Source: an uncultured Acidobacteriota bacterium (GTDB lineage Bacteria > Acidobacteriota > Vicinamibacteria > Fen-336). Taken from it: DNA of 64,000 bases. The DNA lies in contig CAVRVE010000002.1 in assembly GCA_963724555.1 (NCBI GenBank), positions 77,005-141,004 of the forward strand, written 5' to 3'. Every line of letters starts with the position of its first letter. Position 1 is the stretch's first letter. Positions 38,253-52,829 of this stretch are shown one piece after another. The notes under the pieces were generated by a model. The model did not search any database. It saw only the letters and a program-made list of their open reading frames with translations, and had not been told where the DNA came from. Both the position numbers and the translations under genes were made by a program.

Positions 38253-40738
38253 GTGAAGCGGGCTTGCGTCGTCCTCGCCGTCGCTTGGAGTCTGGGCGCC
38301 GGGACGGCGTGCCGGCCCGCGCCGCCTCCGCCCGTGCGGGGAGTCGTGCTGGTGCTGGCGGCGGGCTTCGGGGCCGAGGGAGCCGGCTCGCACACGCCCG
38401 CCCTGGCTCGACTGCGCGCGAGCGGGCGCGCCTTCGCCTCGGCCTACGCTCCGGATCCCGACCCCCAGCGTGCACGGAGCGCGCTCGTCGGAACGGACCG
38501 TGGCGCGCTCGCGGCGCTCCTGCGCGCGAGGGGAGTCGATCTGCTCGACCTCTCGCTCGCCGCATCCCCGGCCGACCCCGCCGCCCTGGCGCGGCTCGAG
38601 ACGTGGCTCCGTGAGCGTCGCGACCGCTTCGTCGTCGTCGCTGCGGTGGGTCGCGAGGCCGGCCGGGACGCAGCCGCCGCCGGCGACGCTCGCGGGAGCC
38701 AAGGCACCAGCGTTGCCTCGGATCGCCACGCGCGACCTCGGCTTCTCCGAGGCCCCGCTCGCGGTCGAGACGCCGCCGGCCTGGTCGGATCCCGCGCGGC
38801 AGCGCGCCCTTGCCGCGGAGCTCGAACGCTCGCTCGCGGCCGACCGCGAGCTGGCGCGGCTCGTCGAGGGCATCGAGCGCGCGGCACCCGGGACGGCGAC
38901 GATCGTGGTCGGCGACCCGCCGCCCGACCGCGGCGCTCACGGCCTGCTCGAGCGCCCGGACGCGCTCTTCGACGACGCGCTCCGCGCGACGCTGGTCGTC
39001 GCCACGCCGGGCCTCGCGCGTCCCGGCCGCGCCACGCAGCGGCTCGTCTCGACGCTCGACGTCGTGCCGACCGTTCTCGACCTGCTCGCGCTGCCGGCCG
39101 AGCGCTCGCTCGAGGCGCAGAGCCTGCTGCCGCTCCTGGCGGATCCCGCAGCCGCGGGGCGGCGCGAGGTGCTGTCGTCGGTTCCGCGCAAGGCCGGGCG
39201 CGTGGCGCGCAGCGTGCGGACGCTCCGCTTCCGCTACACGGAGTGGCCCGACGGCAGCCGCGAGCTCTACGATCACGACGCCGACCCCGGCGAGATCACG
39301 AACCTGGCCGCGCGGCCCGAGCACGCGTCCACGATCGCCGAGCTGGCCGCGCTGATCGAGGCCCGCCGCACGCCCCAGCGGCCGGGGGCCCTCGCGACGC
39401 CGTCCGCGTCGCGGCCCGCGGGACGGCCGCGCAACGTGCTGCTGGTCGTGATGGACGACCTCAACACGCAGGTGGGCGCGTGGGGCGCGCCGGTGAAGAC
39501 GCCGGCGATCGACCGGCTCGCCGCGCGCGGGGTGCGCTTCGACCACGCCTACGCGCAGGTGGCGATGTGCAGCCCGTCGCGCGTGTCGATGCTCACCGGC
39601 TGGCGGCCGGAGCGGACGGGCGTCTGGCAGAACGAGGATCCGCCGCGGCCGTCGCGGGCGCTGCCGCTGCAGGAGCTCTTCGCCGCGCACGGAGCGCGCA
39701 CGCTCTCGCTCGGCAAGGTCTACCACTCGCCCGGGGACTTCCGCTGGGACGTGCGGGAGGAGCACCCGGAGGGGGTGGAGGAGCGCGACCCGAGCGCGGC
39801 CGGCGAGGGGCTGAGCGGCCTCTGGGTGAAGGCGCCCGGAGGAGACCTCGACCAGCCCGACGGCCGCCGCGCGCGCCGCGCGTCGCAGCTGATCGGGGAG
39901 CGCGGCTCGCGCCCCTTCTTCATGGCCCTCGGCTTCGTGCGCCCGCACGTGCGCTGGGTGGCGCCCGAGCGCTACTTCGGCCTCTATCCGCCGGAAAAGG
40001 TCGCGCCGCGCGCCTACCCGGTCGACGATCTCGCCGACGTGCCGGCGATCGCGATCAAGACGCAGCCGCAGCCGCTGCCCGGCCTCCCGCTGCTCGGGCG
40101 CGAGCCGCCGGGCCTCGTCGCCGACCCGGCTTTCCTGCGCGAGGCGACGGCCGCCTACCGGGCCTGCGTCTCGTTCGCCGACGCCCAGCTCGGCGTGGTG
40201 CTCGACGCGCTCGACCGCGCCGATCTCTGGAAGGACACCGTCGTCGTGCTGGTCGGCGACAACGGCTTCCACCTCGGCGAGCACGGCGGGCTCCTGCGCA
40301 AGGACACGCTCTTCGAGGAAGCCCTCCACGTTCCCCTGATCGTCGCCGCGCCGGGGCTCGAGCACCCCGGCGCCGTGGTGCGCGCGCCCGTCGAGCTGCT
40401 CGACGTCTACCCGACGATCGTCGAGCTCGCCGGCCTCGAGAAGCCCGCGGGCCTCGACGGCGAGAGCCTGCTGCCGCTGCTCCAGGATCCCGGGGGCAGC
40501 GGGCGCGGCGCGGCGGTCTCGTACCGCCGCGTGCCGCCGCCGCCGCTCGGATGGTCGCTGCGCACCGAGAGCGAGCGCTACACGCTCTGGCCCGACGGCA
40601 GCGAGGAGCTCTACGAGCGCTGCCCCTGCCCGCCCGAGTCGCAGAACCGCGCCGAGCGAGGCGGAGTGGTCTTCCCGCAAGCGCAGCCTGCGCACGCGGC
40701 TCGAGGAGCTGGTCGCGCGCGCCACGAAAGCGCCCTGA
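38253..40738 (+). CDS. Sulfatase with two tandem sulfatase-fold domains (first degenerate); frameshifts near 38660 and 40670
   Basis: Second domain: NVLLVVMDDLN, CSPSRVSMLTG, GKVYH, RPHV, GDNGFHLGEH. First domain lacks CxPxR. Confidence 0.8.
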
Positions 40739-40751
40739 GACCGACGGACGC

Positions 40752-41423
40752 TCAGCGCGCCGGCTCGAGGACGAAGAAGTGCTGCACCGGAAGGAAGTCG
40801 TGCTGCTTCACGAGCCGGAAGCCGGCCGGCTGCCACTCCGCGAGCACCTGCTCGACCGACATGCGGTGCTCGGTCCGGATGTGGGAGGCCGTGGTGCCTT
40901 CGAGCCGGTACTCGATGAGCGCGACCTTGCCCGTGGGCTTGAGGCTGCGGCGGATCGCTTCGAGCATCGGCCCGGGCTTCTGGAACTCGTGGTAGACGTC
41001 GACCATCAGGATCCAGTCGAGGCCGGCCGCCGGCAGCTTCGGATCGGTCTCGGTCCCGAGCACCGCCACGACTCCCTTCACCCCCTCGGCCGCGACGTGC
41101 TGCTCGAGCAGCTCGAGCATCTCGGGCTGGATGTCCTCCGCGTAGACCGTGCCGCGCGGCGCCACCACCCGCGCCATGCGGCGGGCGAACCAGCCGGTGC
41201 CGCACCCGAGGTCGGCCACGACGTCGCCGTCCTTCAGGCCCATCGCGCGGAAGATCTCGGCGGGCCGCTGCTCCTCCTCGCGGCCCTCGCGCTCCAGCCA
41301 CGAGGCGCCGCCGGCCGTGATGACGTTGGCGGGCTTGCGCGCGGGCGTGGGCGCGGCGGGAGCCGGTGCGGACGCGGCCTGCGTCACGAGCGCCCACGCG
41401 AGTCCGAGGAGCAGCAGCTTCAT
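40752..41423 (-). CDS. Class I SAM-dependent methyltransferase with signal peptide
   Basis: [23 protein letters not shown]. Confidence 0.88.
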   Translation of the reverse strand: MKLLLLGLAWALVTQAASAPAPAAPTPARKPANVITAGGASWLEREGREEEQRPAEIFRAMGLKDGDVVADLGCGTGWFARRMARVVAPRGTVYAEDIQPEMLELLEQHVAAEGVKGVVAVLGTETDPKLPAAGLDWILMVDVYHEFQKPGPMLEAIRRSLKPTGKVALIEYRLEGTTASHIRTEHRMSVEQVLAEWQPAGFRLVKQHDFLPVQHFFVLEPAR

Positions 41424-41492
41424 GGGCTAGAATCCTTCGTGGCCGCCGGCACCCTGGAGCCGGGGCAGCCCCCGCAAGCCTAACGCATTCGA

Positions 41493-42151
<659 letters not shown>

Positions 42152-42155
<4 letters not shown>

Positions 42156-44698
42156 TCCCGCGCGTTCTGCTGCGAACCGGGCTGCGCGGTCTCGTGCGGC
42201 GGCCGCTCCACACGGCGCTCATGGTCCTGGGCGTGGCGCTCGGCGTGGCGGTGGTCGTGGCGATCGACCTCGCGAACGCCGCCGCGCGGCGAGGCTTCGT
42301 GCGCAGCACCGAGGCGGTCGTCGGGCGCGCCACCCACCAGGTGCGCGGCGGTCCCTCGGGCCTGTCCGAAGACGTGTACCGGCAGCTGCGCGTCGAGCAC
42401 GGCGTGCGGCCGAGCGCGCCCGTGGTGGAAGGCGTGGTGACGGCGATCGACCTCGATCGCCAGCCGCTGCGCGTGCTGGGGATCGACCCGCTCGCCGAGG
42501 CGCCGTTTCGCGGACACCTGGGCGGAGCGGCCGCGGCGGACGCCGCGTTCGCGCCATTCGTGACGGATCCCCGGGCCGTTCTGGTCGGCGCCGCCTTCGC
42601 CGAGCGTCACGGGCTCGCGCCCGGGTCGACGCTGCGCGTCCGCGCAGGCGACCGGCGGGTCGACCTGCGCGTGCTCGGCCTCGTGGACGCCGCACGGCCG
42701 GAGAGCCGCGACCTCCTCGACGGCCTGCTGCTGATGGACGTCGGAAACGCCCAGGGCCTGCTCGGCATGGAGGGCCGGCTGAGCTCCATCGACCTGATCC
42801 TCCAGGACCCGGCCCGCGAAACCGAAGCGCTGCAGCGCTGGCTGCCGCCGTCCGCGCACGTCGTGCGCGCCAACGAGCAGGCCGAGACCGTCGCCCAGCT
42901 GACCGCGGCCTTCGAGCTCAATCTCGAGGCCCTGAGCCTGCTCGCGCTCGTGGTCGGCACCTTTCTGGTCTACAACACCATGCTCTTCAGCGTCGTCCAG
43001 CGCCGTGCGGTCTTCGGCACGCTGCGCACGCTGGGGACGACGCCGGGGCAGCTCTTCCGCCTGATCCTCGCGGAGGCGCTCGCGACCGCCGCGCTCGGCT
43101 CGCTGCTCGGCCTCGGCCTCGGCTACCTGCTCGGGCAGTCGGCGGTGCGGCTCGTGACCCGCACGATCAACGACCTCTACTACGTGCTCGCCGTCAGCGG
43201 GGCGCCGCTCACGCTGTCGACGGCCGCGAAGGGCACGCTGATGGGCCTCGCGGCCGCCGCGCTCGCGGCCGCCTTTCCGGCGCTCGAGGCCGCGCGCGTC
43301 GAGCCGGTGATGGCCCTGCGACCGAGCACGTTCGAGGCCCGCGCGCGGCGCCTCGTGCCGGCGCTCGCGCTCGCGGGCGTCGCTCTCGTGCTCGTGGGGC
43401 TGGCCGTCCTCGGGCTCGCGACGCGCTCGCTGGTCGCGAGCTTCGCCGGGCTGTCGGGCGTCGTGCTGGGGATGGCGCTCGTCGCGCCCGCTTTCACGGT
43501 CGCGCTCATGGCCATCCTCCGGCCGCTCGTGTCGCGGCTGCTGGGACCGGTCGGCCGGCTGGCCACGGGCACCGTCGCGCGCGCCGTGAGCCGCACGGGC
43601 GTCGCGGCCGCGGCGCTCATGGTCGCCGTCTCCGTGACGATCGGCGTGAGCGTCATGATCGCGAGCTTCCGCGCGACGGTCGACAACTGGCTGGGGGTGA
43701 CGCTCATGGCCGACGTCTACGTCTCCGCCCCTGCGCCGGGGGGCGCGCGCAACTCGGCGCCGCTCGCCGAGGACGTCCCGGCTCGGGTGGCCGCCGTGCC
43801 GGGAGTCGCGGCGATCGAGACCGTCCGGCTCGTCCACGTCGCGAGCCCGCTGGGCGACGTCCAGCTCGTCGTCACGGACGCGACGCGCGCGCGAAGCGCC
43901 GCGCTCTACCGCTTCAGCGAGGGCGACCCGCAGGCGACCTGGCAGCGCGTCCACGCGGGCGCCGTGCTCGTCAGCGAGCCCTTCGCCTTCCGCCACCGGC
44001 TGCCGGCGCGCGGCGGCTCGGTGACGCTCCAGACCGATCGGGGCCCGGCGAGCTTCCCGGTGGCGGGCGTCTACTACGACTACGCGACCGAGCAGGGAGT
44101 CGTGCTGATGGCGCGTGAGGTCTACGAGCGCCACTGGGACGACCGCGGCCGCACCTCGGTCGCGGCCTATGTCGAGCCGGGCCGCGATCCGGCGGCCGTC
44201 ACCGACGCGGTGCGCCGGGCCCTCGGCGGCCACGCGCTGCGCATCGTCGAGAACCGCGCGCTGCGGCGCGAGGCGCTGCGCGTGTTCGACCGCACCTTCG
44301 CCGTGACCGAGGCGCTGCGGGTCCTGGCCGTCGTCGTCGCCTTCATCGGCGTCTGGAGCGCGCTCCTGTCGCTGCAGGTCGAGCGCACGCGCGAGCTCGG
44401 GACGCTCGTCGCGCTCGGCCTGCTGCCGCGGCAGCTCTGGGGGCTGACGCTGCTCGAGACCGGCCTCATCGGCCTCGCGGCGGGGCTGCTCTCGCTGCCG
44501 ACCGGGCTCGCGCTCGCCGTCATCCTGATCCAGGTGATCAACGTGCGCTCCTTCGGCTGGACGATGACGCTCGAGCTGCCGCCCCTGGTGCTCGTGCAGG
44601 CGGTCGCGGTCAGCGTCCTGGCCGCGCTCCTGGCGGCGGTCTACCCGGTGCGGCGGCTGCAGCGGCTGAGCGTCGCCGCGGCTCTGCGGCAGGAGTAG
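42152..44698 (+). CDS. FtsX/MacB-type ABC permease (duplicated; AttF/G-like)
   Basis: [13 protein letters not shown]; two permease halves; [13 protein letters not shown]; INVRSFGWT. Confidence 0.88.
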
Positions 44699-45834
44699 AT
44701 GCGACTGCGAAGCGTGCGGACGGCTGTCTCGGGCCTGCTGCTGGCGCCGGCCGCTGCTCTTCGCCCAGGCCGAGACGACGCTGAAGCTCGCCCCGGCCGA
44801 GCCGCCGGCGTTCACGCGGGCGACCGCGCCGCGCGAGTTCCGCCTGCCGCAGGACCACGGGCCGCACTTCGAGTTCCAGACCGAGTGGTGGTACTACACC
44901 GGCCAGCTCACGACGGCGGACCAGCGCCGGTTCGGCTTCCAGCTCACCTTCTTCCGCCGCGGCCTCTCGCCCGGCGCCAGGCCGGCCACTGGCCTGTCGA
45001 CGAACCAGGTCTACTTCGCGCACTTCGCGATCACGGACGTCACGGGGCAACGGCACGCGTCGGCGGAGCGCGTGAGCCGTGGAGCCGCGGGACTCGCGGG
45101 CGCGGCGCGGCGAGCCTTTCCGCGTCGCGGTCGAGGACTGGAGCGTGGCGGCGACCGAGCACCGACGGCACGTCCGTGCGCCTTGCGCGCGCGGGACCAG
45201 GGCCTCGTGCTCGACCTCGAGCTCCACGCGACCAAACCCCTCGTGCTCCACGGCGAGCGGGGGCTGTCCGCCAAGAGCGCCGAGGCGGGCAACGCGTCGT
45301 ACTACGTCGGCTACACGCGCATGACGGCGCGCGGCCGGATCGGCGCGGACGGCGAAGGCGCAGAGGCGGCCGGCGAAGCCTGGTTCGACCACGAGTGGAG
45401 CACGAGCGCGCTCGGGCCGAAGGCCGTGGGCTGGGACTGGTGGAGCCTGCAGCTCGACGACGGCCGCGAGCTGATGTTCTTCGAGATCCGCCAGGCAGAC
45501 GGCGAGTCGCGACGCCGCGTCGAGCGGCACCCTCGTCGCCGCCGACGGTCGCACGCGCAGGCTCCAGGCCGCAGACGTGGAGACGACGGTGCTCGCGCGC
45601 TGGACGAGTCCGCGCTCGGGCGCCTCCTATCCCGCCCGCTGGAGCGTGCGCGTTCCATCGGAAGGACTGGAGCTCGCGGTCGAGCCGCTCGTCGCCGACC
45701 AGGAGATGCGGACGTCCTTCACGTACTGGGAAGGCGCCGTTCGCGTGTCGGGCGCCACGCGCGGCCGGCCGGTCAGCGGCCGGGGCTACGTCGAGCTCAC
45801 CGGCTACGCGCGCTCGATGCAGGGCGTGTTTTGA
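44699..45834 (+). CDS. AttH/CrtC-like lipocalin-fold protein; several frameshifts
   Basis: [54 protein letters not shown] across frames. Confidence 0.85.
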
Positions 45835-45841
45835 GCGCGGA

Positions 45842-46528
45842 TCAGGCGAGCGTGGCTTTCAGCCTGGCGCGAGCAACACCCGTGCGATGGCCGTTCGTGC
45901 CGTGGAGCGGGCCGAGCAGGAAGTAGATGAAGCCGGGCATCCAGAAGAGGCTCATCGGCACGACCAGCGCGAGCAGGATCGAGGCGACGCCGACCGCGAC
46001 GCTCAGCAGGTGGCGGCGCAGCCCGGAGCGCGCGTCGAAGAGCTCGAGCGGCCCGAGCCCCAGCGCGTCGCGCTGCCGCAGCGCGTTCCAGTAGAAGAGC
46101 CCCAGCAGCCCGAAGACGGCGACGAACCCGGCGCTGTAGGCGACCATCAGCAGCCGCGCGTCCGCCGGGGTGTAGTCGGAGTAGCCGGGATCGCCGTGCG
46201 GCAGGCCGAGCCCGGTCCAACCGCCCACGAGCCGCGTCAGCACGAACTTCAGCGGGTAGGCGAAGAACAGCACCACGAACAGCAGCATCAGGTTGAAGAG
46301 CACCGTCAGGTGGTCCTCGACCTTGAAATGCAGGAAGAACAGGTAGTGCTCGAACCAGATCCAGCTCACGACCGCGAACGTCGCGGCGAAGGGCAGGAAT
46401 CCGCTGAGCGTCTGCTTCAGCGCCGGGAAGCTCTCGGGCACCTCGAGCGAGACCACGAGCAGCGTGAGCGCGAAGCCGAAGACGGCGTCGCTGAAGCCTT
46501 CGAGGCGGGTGACTTCCCGGCTGCGCAT
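45842..46528 (-). CDS. TMEM175-family (DUF1211) putative K+ channel
   Basis: RLEGFSDAVFGFALTLLVV signature; about 6 TMs. Confidence 0.85.
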   Translation of the reverse strand: MRSREVTRLEGFSDAVFGFALTLLVVSLEVPESFPALKQTLSGFLPFAATFAVVSWIWFEHYLFFLHFKVEDHLTVLFNLMLLFVVLFFAYPLKFVLTRLVGGWTGLGLPHGDPGYSDYTPADARLLMVAYSAGFVAVFGLLGLFYWNALRQRDALGLGPLELFDARSGLRRHLLSVAVGVASILLALVVPMSLFWMPGFIYFLLGPLHGTNGHRTGVARARLKATLA

Positions 46529-46634
46529 GCGGCGCTAGTCTACACACACGGCCCTCCGCCGCTGAGCGCTGGTGCGGAGCGGGCGGAGGGCCTGACGCAG
46601 GGGTGTCACGGAGCCGTGGCAGGATAGGCGGGAT

Positions 46635-48150
46635 ATGGAATCCCCGCTCCAGGTCGCGGCGACGAGCCCGCAGGCCAGCGTCCCCGCGCGTCCGCCCGAT
46701 ACCTGCCTGCTCGTGCTGTTCGGCGCCACCGGCGACCTCGCGCACCGGAAGATCGTGCCCGCGCTGTTCGCGCTGCACCGCAACGCCGAGCTGCCGTCGC
46801 CCTTCGGCGTGCTCGCGACCAGCACCTCGGTCAAGGACGCCCAGAGCTACCGCGCCGAGCTCCGGCAATCGCTCGAGCGCTTCGAAGGCCATGCGCCCGA
46901 CGCGGCGGCCTGGGACGCGTTCGCGTCCTCGATCGACACCGTGGCGGGGGACTACACCAAGCCCGAGGCCTTCCGCTCGCTGCGCACGGCGATCGAGGCC
47001 GCCGAGGCGAAACGCGCGACCGCGAGGAGCCGGCTCTTCTACCTGGCGGTGCCGCCGGCGCAGTTCCCGCCGATCCTCAAGGGCCTGAGCGAGGCCGGGC
47101 TGCTCCACCCGCCGAACGGCGTGCCGTGGTCGCGCGTCGTGATCGAGAAGCCGTTCGGGCGCGATCTCGCCTCGGCCCGCGAGCTGAACCGTCTCGTCGC
47201 AGGCGTGCTCGACGAGCGCCAGACGTTCCGCATCGACCACTACCTGGGCAAGGAGACGGTCCAGAACATCCTGGTGTTCCGCTTCGGCAACTCGATCTTC
47301 GAGCCGCTCTGGAACCGCAAGTACGTCGACCAGGTGCAGATCACGATGTCCGAGGACATCGGCGTCGAGCGGCGCGGCAAGTTCTACGACGCGAACGGCG
47401 TCGTGCGCGACGTGGTGCAGAACCACCTGCTGCAGGTGCTGGCGCTCGTCGCGATGGAGCTGCCGGCGACCTTCGGCGCGGACGACGTGCGCGACGAGAA
47501 GCTGAAGCTGCTGCGCTCGGTGCGCCCGATCTCTCCGGAGGACGCCGTCCACGCGCAGTACGCGGGCTACCGCCAGGAGCAGGGCGTCGCCCCGAACTCG
47601 CGCACGCCGACCTTCGCCGCGCTGCGGCTGCACGTCGACAACTGGCGCTGGCAGGGGGTGCCCTTCTACATCCGCGCCGGCAAGCGGCTGGCGCGCCGCA
47701 CCACGGAGGTCTCGGTCCACTTCCAGCAGATCCCGTTCTGCCTGTTCGGGCGCGAGGACGTGTGCCAGCTGATCGAGCCCAACGTGCTGGTGCTGCGGAT
47801 CCAGCCGGACGAGGGCATCGCGCTCAAGATCGCGAGCAAGGTGCCCGGCGACGACCTGCGCGTCGGCAGCGTGACGATGGACTTCCCGTACGCGGGAGCC
47901 TTCGGCAGCGAGCCGGGCGAGGCCTACGAGAAGCTGCTGCTCGACGCGATGCGCGGCGACGCGACGCTCTTCGCGCGGCGCGACGGCGACGAGCAGGCGT
48001 GGTCGCTGCTCGCACCCGTGCTCGACGGCTGGGACGCGTCGACGGCAGCAGCCCTTCGAGTACGCGCCGGGCGGCAGCGGCCCGAGCGAGGCGGACGCGC
48101 TGCTGCGCCGCGACGGCCGGCGCTGGCGCTCGCTCGCCGGTAAGCGGTGA
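46635..48150 (+). CDS. zwf: Glucose-6-phosphate 1-dehydrogenase; frameshift near 48045
   Basis: [35 protein letters not shown]. The corrected frame (YAPGGSGP) ends at TGA 48150, overlapping the pgl ATG. Confidence 0.95.
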
Positions 48151-48857
48151 TGGTGGAGCTCGTCGTCGTTCCCGACGCGCGGGCCCTGGCGCGCCGTGCG
48201 GCGGAGCGGATCGTCGAGCTGACGCGCGCCGCGGTCAAGGCGCGGGGAGCCTGCTCGGTCGCGCTCGCCGGAGGCTCGACGCCGCGCGCGACCTACGAGG
48301 TGCTCGCGACGTCGGCGCTCGCCGCCGCGCTGCCGTGGGGCGCCATCTCGTGGTACTTCGGCGACGAGCGCGCGGTCCCGCCCGACCACCCCGAGAGCAA
48401 CTACCGCGCGGCGCGCGAGACGCTCTTTGCCGACCGGCCGGAGCTGCTCGCGCACGTGCACCGGATGCCGGCGGACGCGTCCGATCTGGAAGCGGCGGCG
48501 CGCGAGTACGGCGCGGCGCTGCCCGACCCGCTCGACCTGGTCCTGCTCGGCATCGGCGAAGACGGCCACACCGCCTCGCTCTTCCCGGGCCTGCCGGCGC
48601 TGTCCGAGCGCACCGCACGCGTCGTCGTGGTCACCGGCCCGAAGCCTCCGAACCCGCGGCTCAGCATCACCGCGCCGGTCATCCAGCAGGCGCGCGAGCT
48701 GCTGGTGCTCGCGAGCGGAGCGGGGAAGGCCGCTGCCGTCGCGAAGGCGCTCGAGGGGCCGCTCGACCCGACGGCCGTGCCCGCGCAGCTCGCGCGCGCC
48801 GGGCGCTGGATCGTCGACAGCGACGCCGCGCGCGGGCTCGCGTCTCAGGCTCCGTAG
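48150..48857 (+). CDS. pgl: 6-phosphogluconolactonase
   Basis: [31 protein letters not shown]. Confidence 0.93.
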   Translation: MVELVVVPDARALARRAAERIVELTRAAVKARGACSVALAGGSTPRATYEVLATSALAAALPWGAISWYFGDERAVPPDHPESNYRAARETLFADRPELLAHVHRMPADASDLEAAAREYGAALPDPLDLVLLGIGEDGHTASLFPGLPALSERTARVVVVTGPKPPNPRLSITAPVIQQARELLVLASGAGKAAAVAKALEGPLDPTAVPAQLARAGRWIVDSDAARGLASQAP

Positions 48858-49828
48858 CCCGCCGGGTGCGCCTGCATCCAGTCCCAGGCCGAGCGCACGA
48901 TCGTGTCGAGCGCGGGCTGCTTCGGCGACCAGCCCAGCACGCCGCGGGCGCGCGAGGCGTCCGCCACGAGCCGCGGCGGGTCGCCCGCGCGGCGCGGGCC
49001 GACCTGGTGCGGCACGTCGCGGCCGGTGATGCGGCGGGCCGTCTCGATCACCTCGAGCACGGAGAAGCCCGTGCCGGTGCCGAGGTTCAGGAATTGCGAG
49101 GCGCCCCCGCGCCGCAGGTGCTCGAGCGCCAGCAGGTGCGCGTCGGCGAGGTCGGCGACGTGGATGTAGTCGCGGACCGCCGTGCCGTCCGGCGTGTCGT
49201 AGTCGGAGCCGAAGACGGTGAGGGCCGTCCCGCGCCCCGCGGCCGCGCGCAGCGCGAGCGGGATCAGGTGGGTCTCGGGATCGTGGTGCTCGCCGGCGCG
49301 CGCGGTGGCGCCGGCGGCGTTGAAGTAGCGCAGCGCCACGAAGCGCAGCCCGTGGGCCTGGTCGTAGCTGTCGAGCAGCCGCTCGACGAACAGCTTCGAC
49401 CAGCCGTAGGGGTTGATCGGCCACTGCGGATGGCTCTCCGCGATCGGCACCGCGGTCGGCACGCCGTAGGTCGCGCAGGTGGACGAGAACACCACGCGCT
49501 TGACGCCCGCCGCCAGCAGCGTGTCGAAGAGCGCCTGCGCCTGATTGAAGTTGTTGTCGAAGTAGCGCGCCGGGTCCTTGACCGACTCGCCGACGTAGGC
49601 GAAGGCGGCGAAATGGACGCAGGCCTCGATCTGCTGCTCGCTCACGATGCGGTCCACGAGCGCGCGGTCGCCGGTTCGGCCCTGGTGGAAGAGCGCGTCC
49701 GGATGGACGGCGGCGCGGTGCCCGCGCGACAGATCGTCGAGTACCACGACGCGCTGGCCGGCCGCGACCAGCGCCTCGACGAACGCGCTGCCGATGTAGC
49801 CGGCGCCGCCGGTGACGAGGACGGCCAT
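48845..49828 (-). CDS. galE: UDP-glucose 4-epimerase
   Basis: [49 protein letters not shown]. Confidence 0.93.
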   Translation of the reverse strand: MAVLVTGGAGYIGSAFVEALVAAGQRVVVLDDLSRGHRAAVHPDALFHQGRTGDRALVDRIVSEQQIEACVHFAAFAYVGESVKDPARYFDNNFNQAQALFDTLLAAGVKRVVFSSTCATYGVPTAVPIAESHPQWPINPYGWSKLFVERLLDSYDQAHGLRFVALRYFNAAGATARAGEHHDPETHLIPLALRAAAGRGTALTVFGSDYDTPDGTAVRDYIHVADLADAHLLALEHLRRGGASQFLNLGTGTGFSVLEVIETARRITGRDVPHQVGPRRAGDPPRLVADASRARGVLGWSPKQPALDTIVRSAWDWMQAHPAGYGA

Positions 49829-49853
49829 CAGGCGGGCTGCCGCGTCGGGGCGC

Positions 49854-50817
49854 TCAGGCCGCCGCGCCCTTCTCGGCGCCGCGCGCCGTCGCGTGGTTCT
49901 CGAGGAACCAGCGGTAGGACGAGGCGATCCCGTCCCGCGAGCGCGATCTTGTGGCGCCAGCCGAGCGCGTGGAGCCGCGAGACGTCGAGCAGCTTGCGCG
50001 GCGAGCCGTCGGGCTTCGTGGCGTCGAAGACGAGCTGGGCCTGCGGGTGGACGATCTCGCGCACCAGCTCCGCGAGCTCGCGGATCGTCAGGTCCTCGCC
50101 GGTGCCGACGTTGACGTGCTCGGCCGCGTCGTAGCGCCGCATCAGGTAGACGCAGGCGTCGGCCAGGTCGTCGACGTGGAGGAACTCCCGGCGCGGCGAG
50201 CCGCTGCCCCAGATCGGCACCTCGCTGCGGCCCTCCACCTTCGCGTCGTGGAACTTGCGGACGAGCGCCGGCAGCACGTGCGAGCTCGCGAGGTCGAAGT
50301 TGTCGTTCGGCCCGTAGAGGTTGGTCGGCATCGCCGAGATGAAGTCGCAGCCGTACTGCTTGCGGTAGGCCTGGCACAGCTTGATCCCGGCGATCTTCGC
50401 GACCGCGTAGGGCTCGTTGGTCGGCTCGAGCAGGCCCGACAGCAGGTCCTCCTCCTTCATCGGCTGCCGCGCTTCGCGCGGGTAGATGCACGAGCTGCCC
50501 AGGTACAGCAGGCGCTTCACCGGGAAGAGGTGCGCGGCGTGCACCACGGTCGCGTGGATCATCATGTTGTCGTAGATGAACTCGGCAGGCCGCGTCGAGT
50601 TCGCGAGGATTCCGCCGACGGTGCCCGCGACCAGGAACACGTACTCGGGGCGGTTGGCGCGGAACCAGTAGTTGACCGCCGCCTGGTCCCTGAGGTCGAG
50701 CTGCTCGCGTGTGGCGGTGAGCACCCGGGTGAAGCGCTCCTGCTCGAGCCGCCGGACCACGGCCGAGCCGACGAGGCCGCCGTGCCCGGCCACGAACACC
50801 CGCGCTTCGGGCGGCAT
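49854..50817 (-). CDS. fcl: GDP-L-fucose synthase; frameshift near 49935, true start may be ATG 50825
   Basis: [53 protein letters not shown]. Confidence 0.92.
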
Positions 50818-50852
50818 CTCGACATCGGGCGATCTTAGCGCAGCCGCCCGCC

Positions 50853-50887
50853 AAAAAAAGAAGGGCGCCGGCAACGCGGCGCCCTTC
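50853..50887 (-). terminator. Rho-independent terminator
   Basis: On the minus strand: GAAGGGCGCCG-CGTTGC-CGGCGCCCTTC followed by T7, downstream of 50926..51261. Confidence 0.85.
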
Positions 50888-50925
50888 AGAGGTTTGCGCT
50901 CCTCGCGGAGCGCGCCCCGACGGCT

Positions 50926-51261
50926 CTACTTCATGTCCTTCGCGATCTTCGTGACCGCCTGGTGCTCGCCCTTGTCGTTGTCACGGCAGGTCAGCTTGAC
51001 CTTGTCGCCAGCCTTCAGGTCCTTGAGGCTGCCGACGGCAGTGGCGTCGACCGCGACCGTCTTGTTCGGCTCGCCCTTGATCGTGAGCGTCTTCGCGACG
51101 GCGTCCGCCGAGACCACCTCGGCCTCGACCACGTGGGTCTTCTCGGCAGCGGCGGCCTGCTTGGCCGGCGCGGCGGCGGGCTTGGCCTCGTCCGCCTTGG
51201 CGGCCAGGTTGGCGACGGCAACCAGGGCAACGGCGCACAACAGCGTTGCAAGCTTCTTCAT
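50926..51261 (-). CDS. Small secreted Lys/Ala-rich protein, probable OB-fold
   Basis: Signal peptide [23 protein letters not shown]; beta-rich VEAEVVSAD...TLTIK...LKAGDKVKL; AAGGAG ribosome site. Confidence 0.8.
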   Translation of the reverse strand: MKKLATLLCAVALVAVANLAAKADEAKPAAAPAKQAAAAEKTHVVEAEVVSADAVAKTLTIKGEPNKTVAVDATAVGSLKDLKAGDKVKLTCRDNDKGEHQAVTKIAKDMK

Positions 51262-51325
51262 TGGACTTGCGACTCCTTGGCTTTTCGACTGAACCGCCGA
51301 CACGGCGGCCGTCACTCTCCCGTAC

Positions 51326-51341
51326 TGCAACGGGGATGCCA
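51326..51341 (-). promoter_or_regulatory. Sigma54 (-24/-12) promoter
   Basis: Minus strand TGGCAT-CCCCG-TTGCA, with exact GG-N10-GC spacing, about 65 nt upstream of ATG 51261. Confidence 0.85.
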
Positions 51342-51421
51342 TGCGGCGGGCACGTCGGCTGAAAGGGCGCAAGTCCACCTGGGCCAGTCCGGTTGTAGAA
51401 GCTGCCTTCGAGGGCGGAGGC

Positions 51422-52825
<1,404 letters not shown>

Positions 52826-52829
<4 letters not shown>

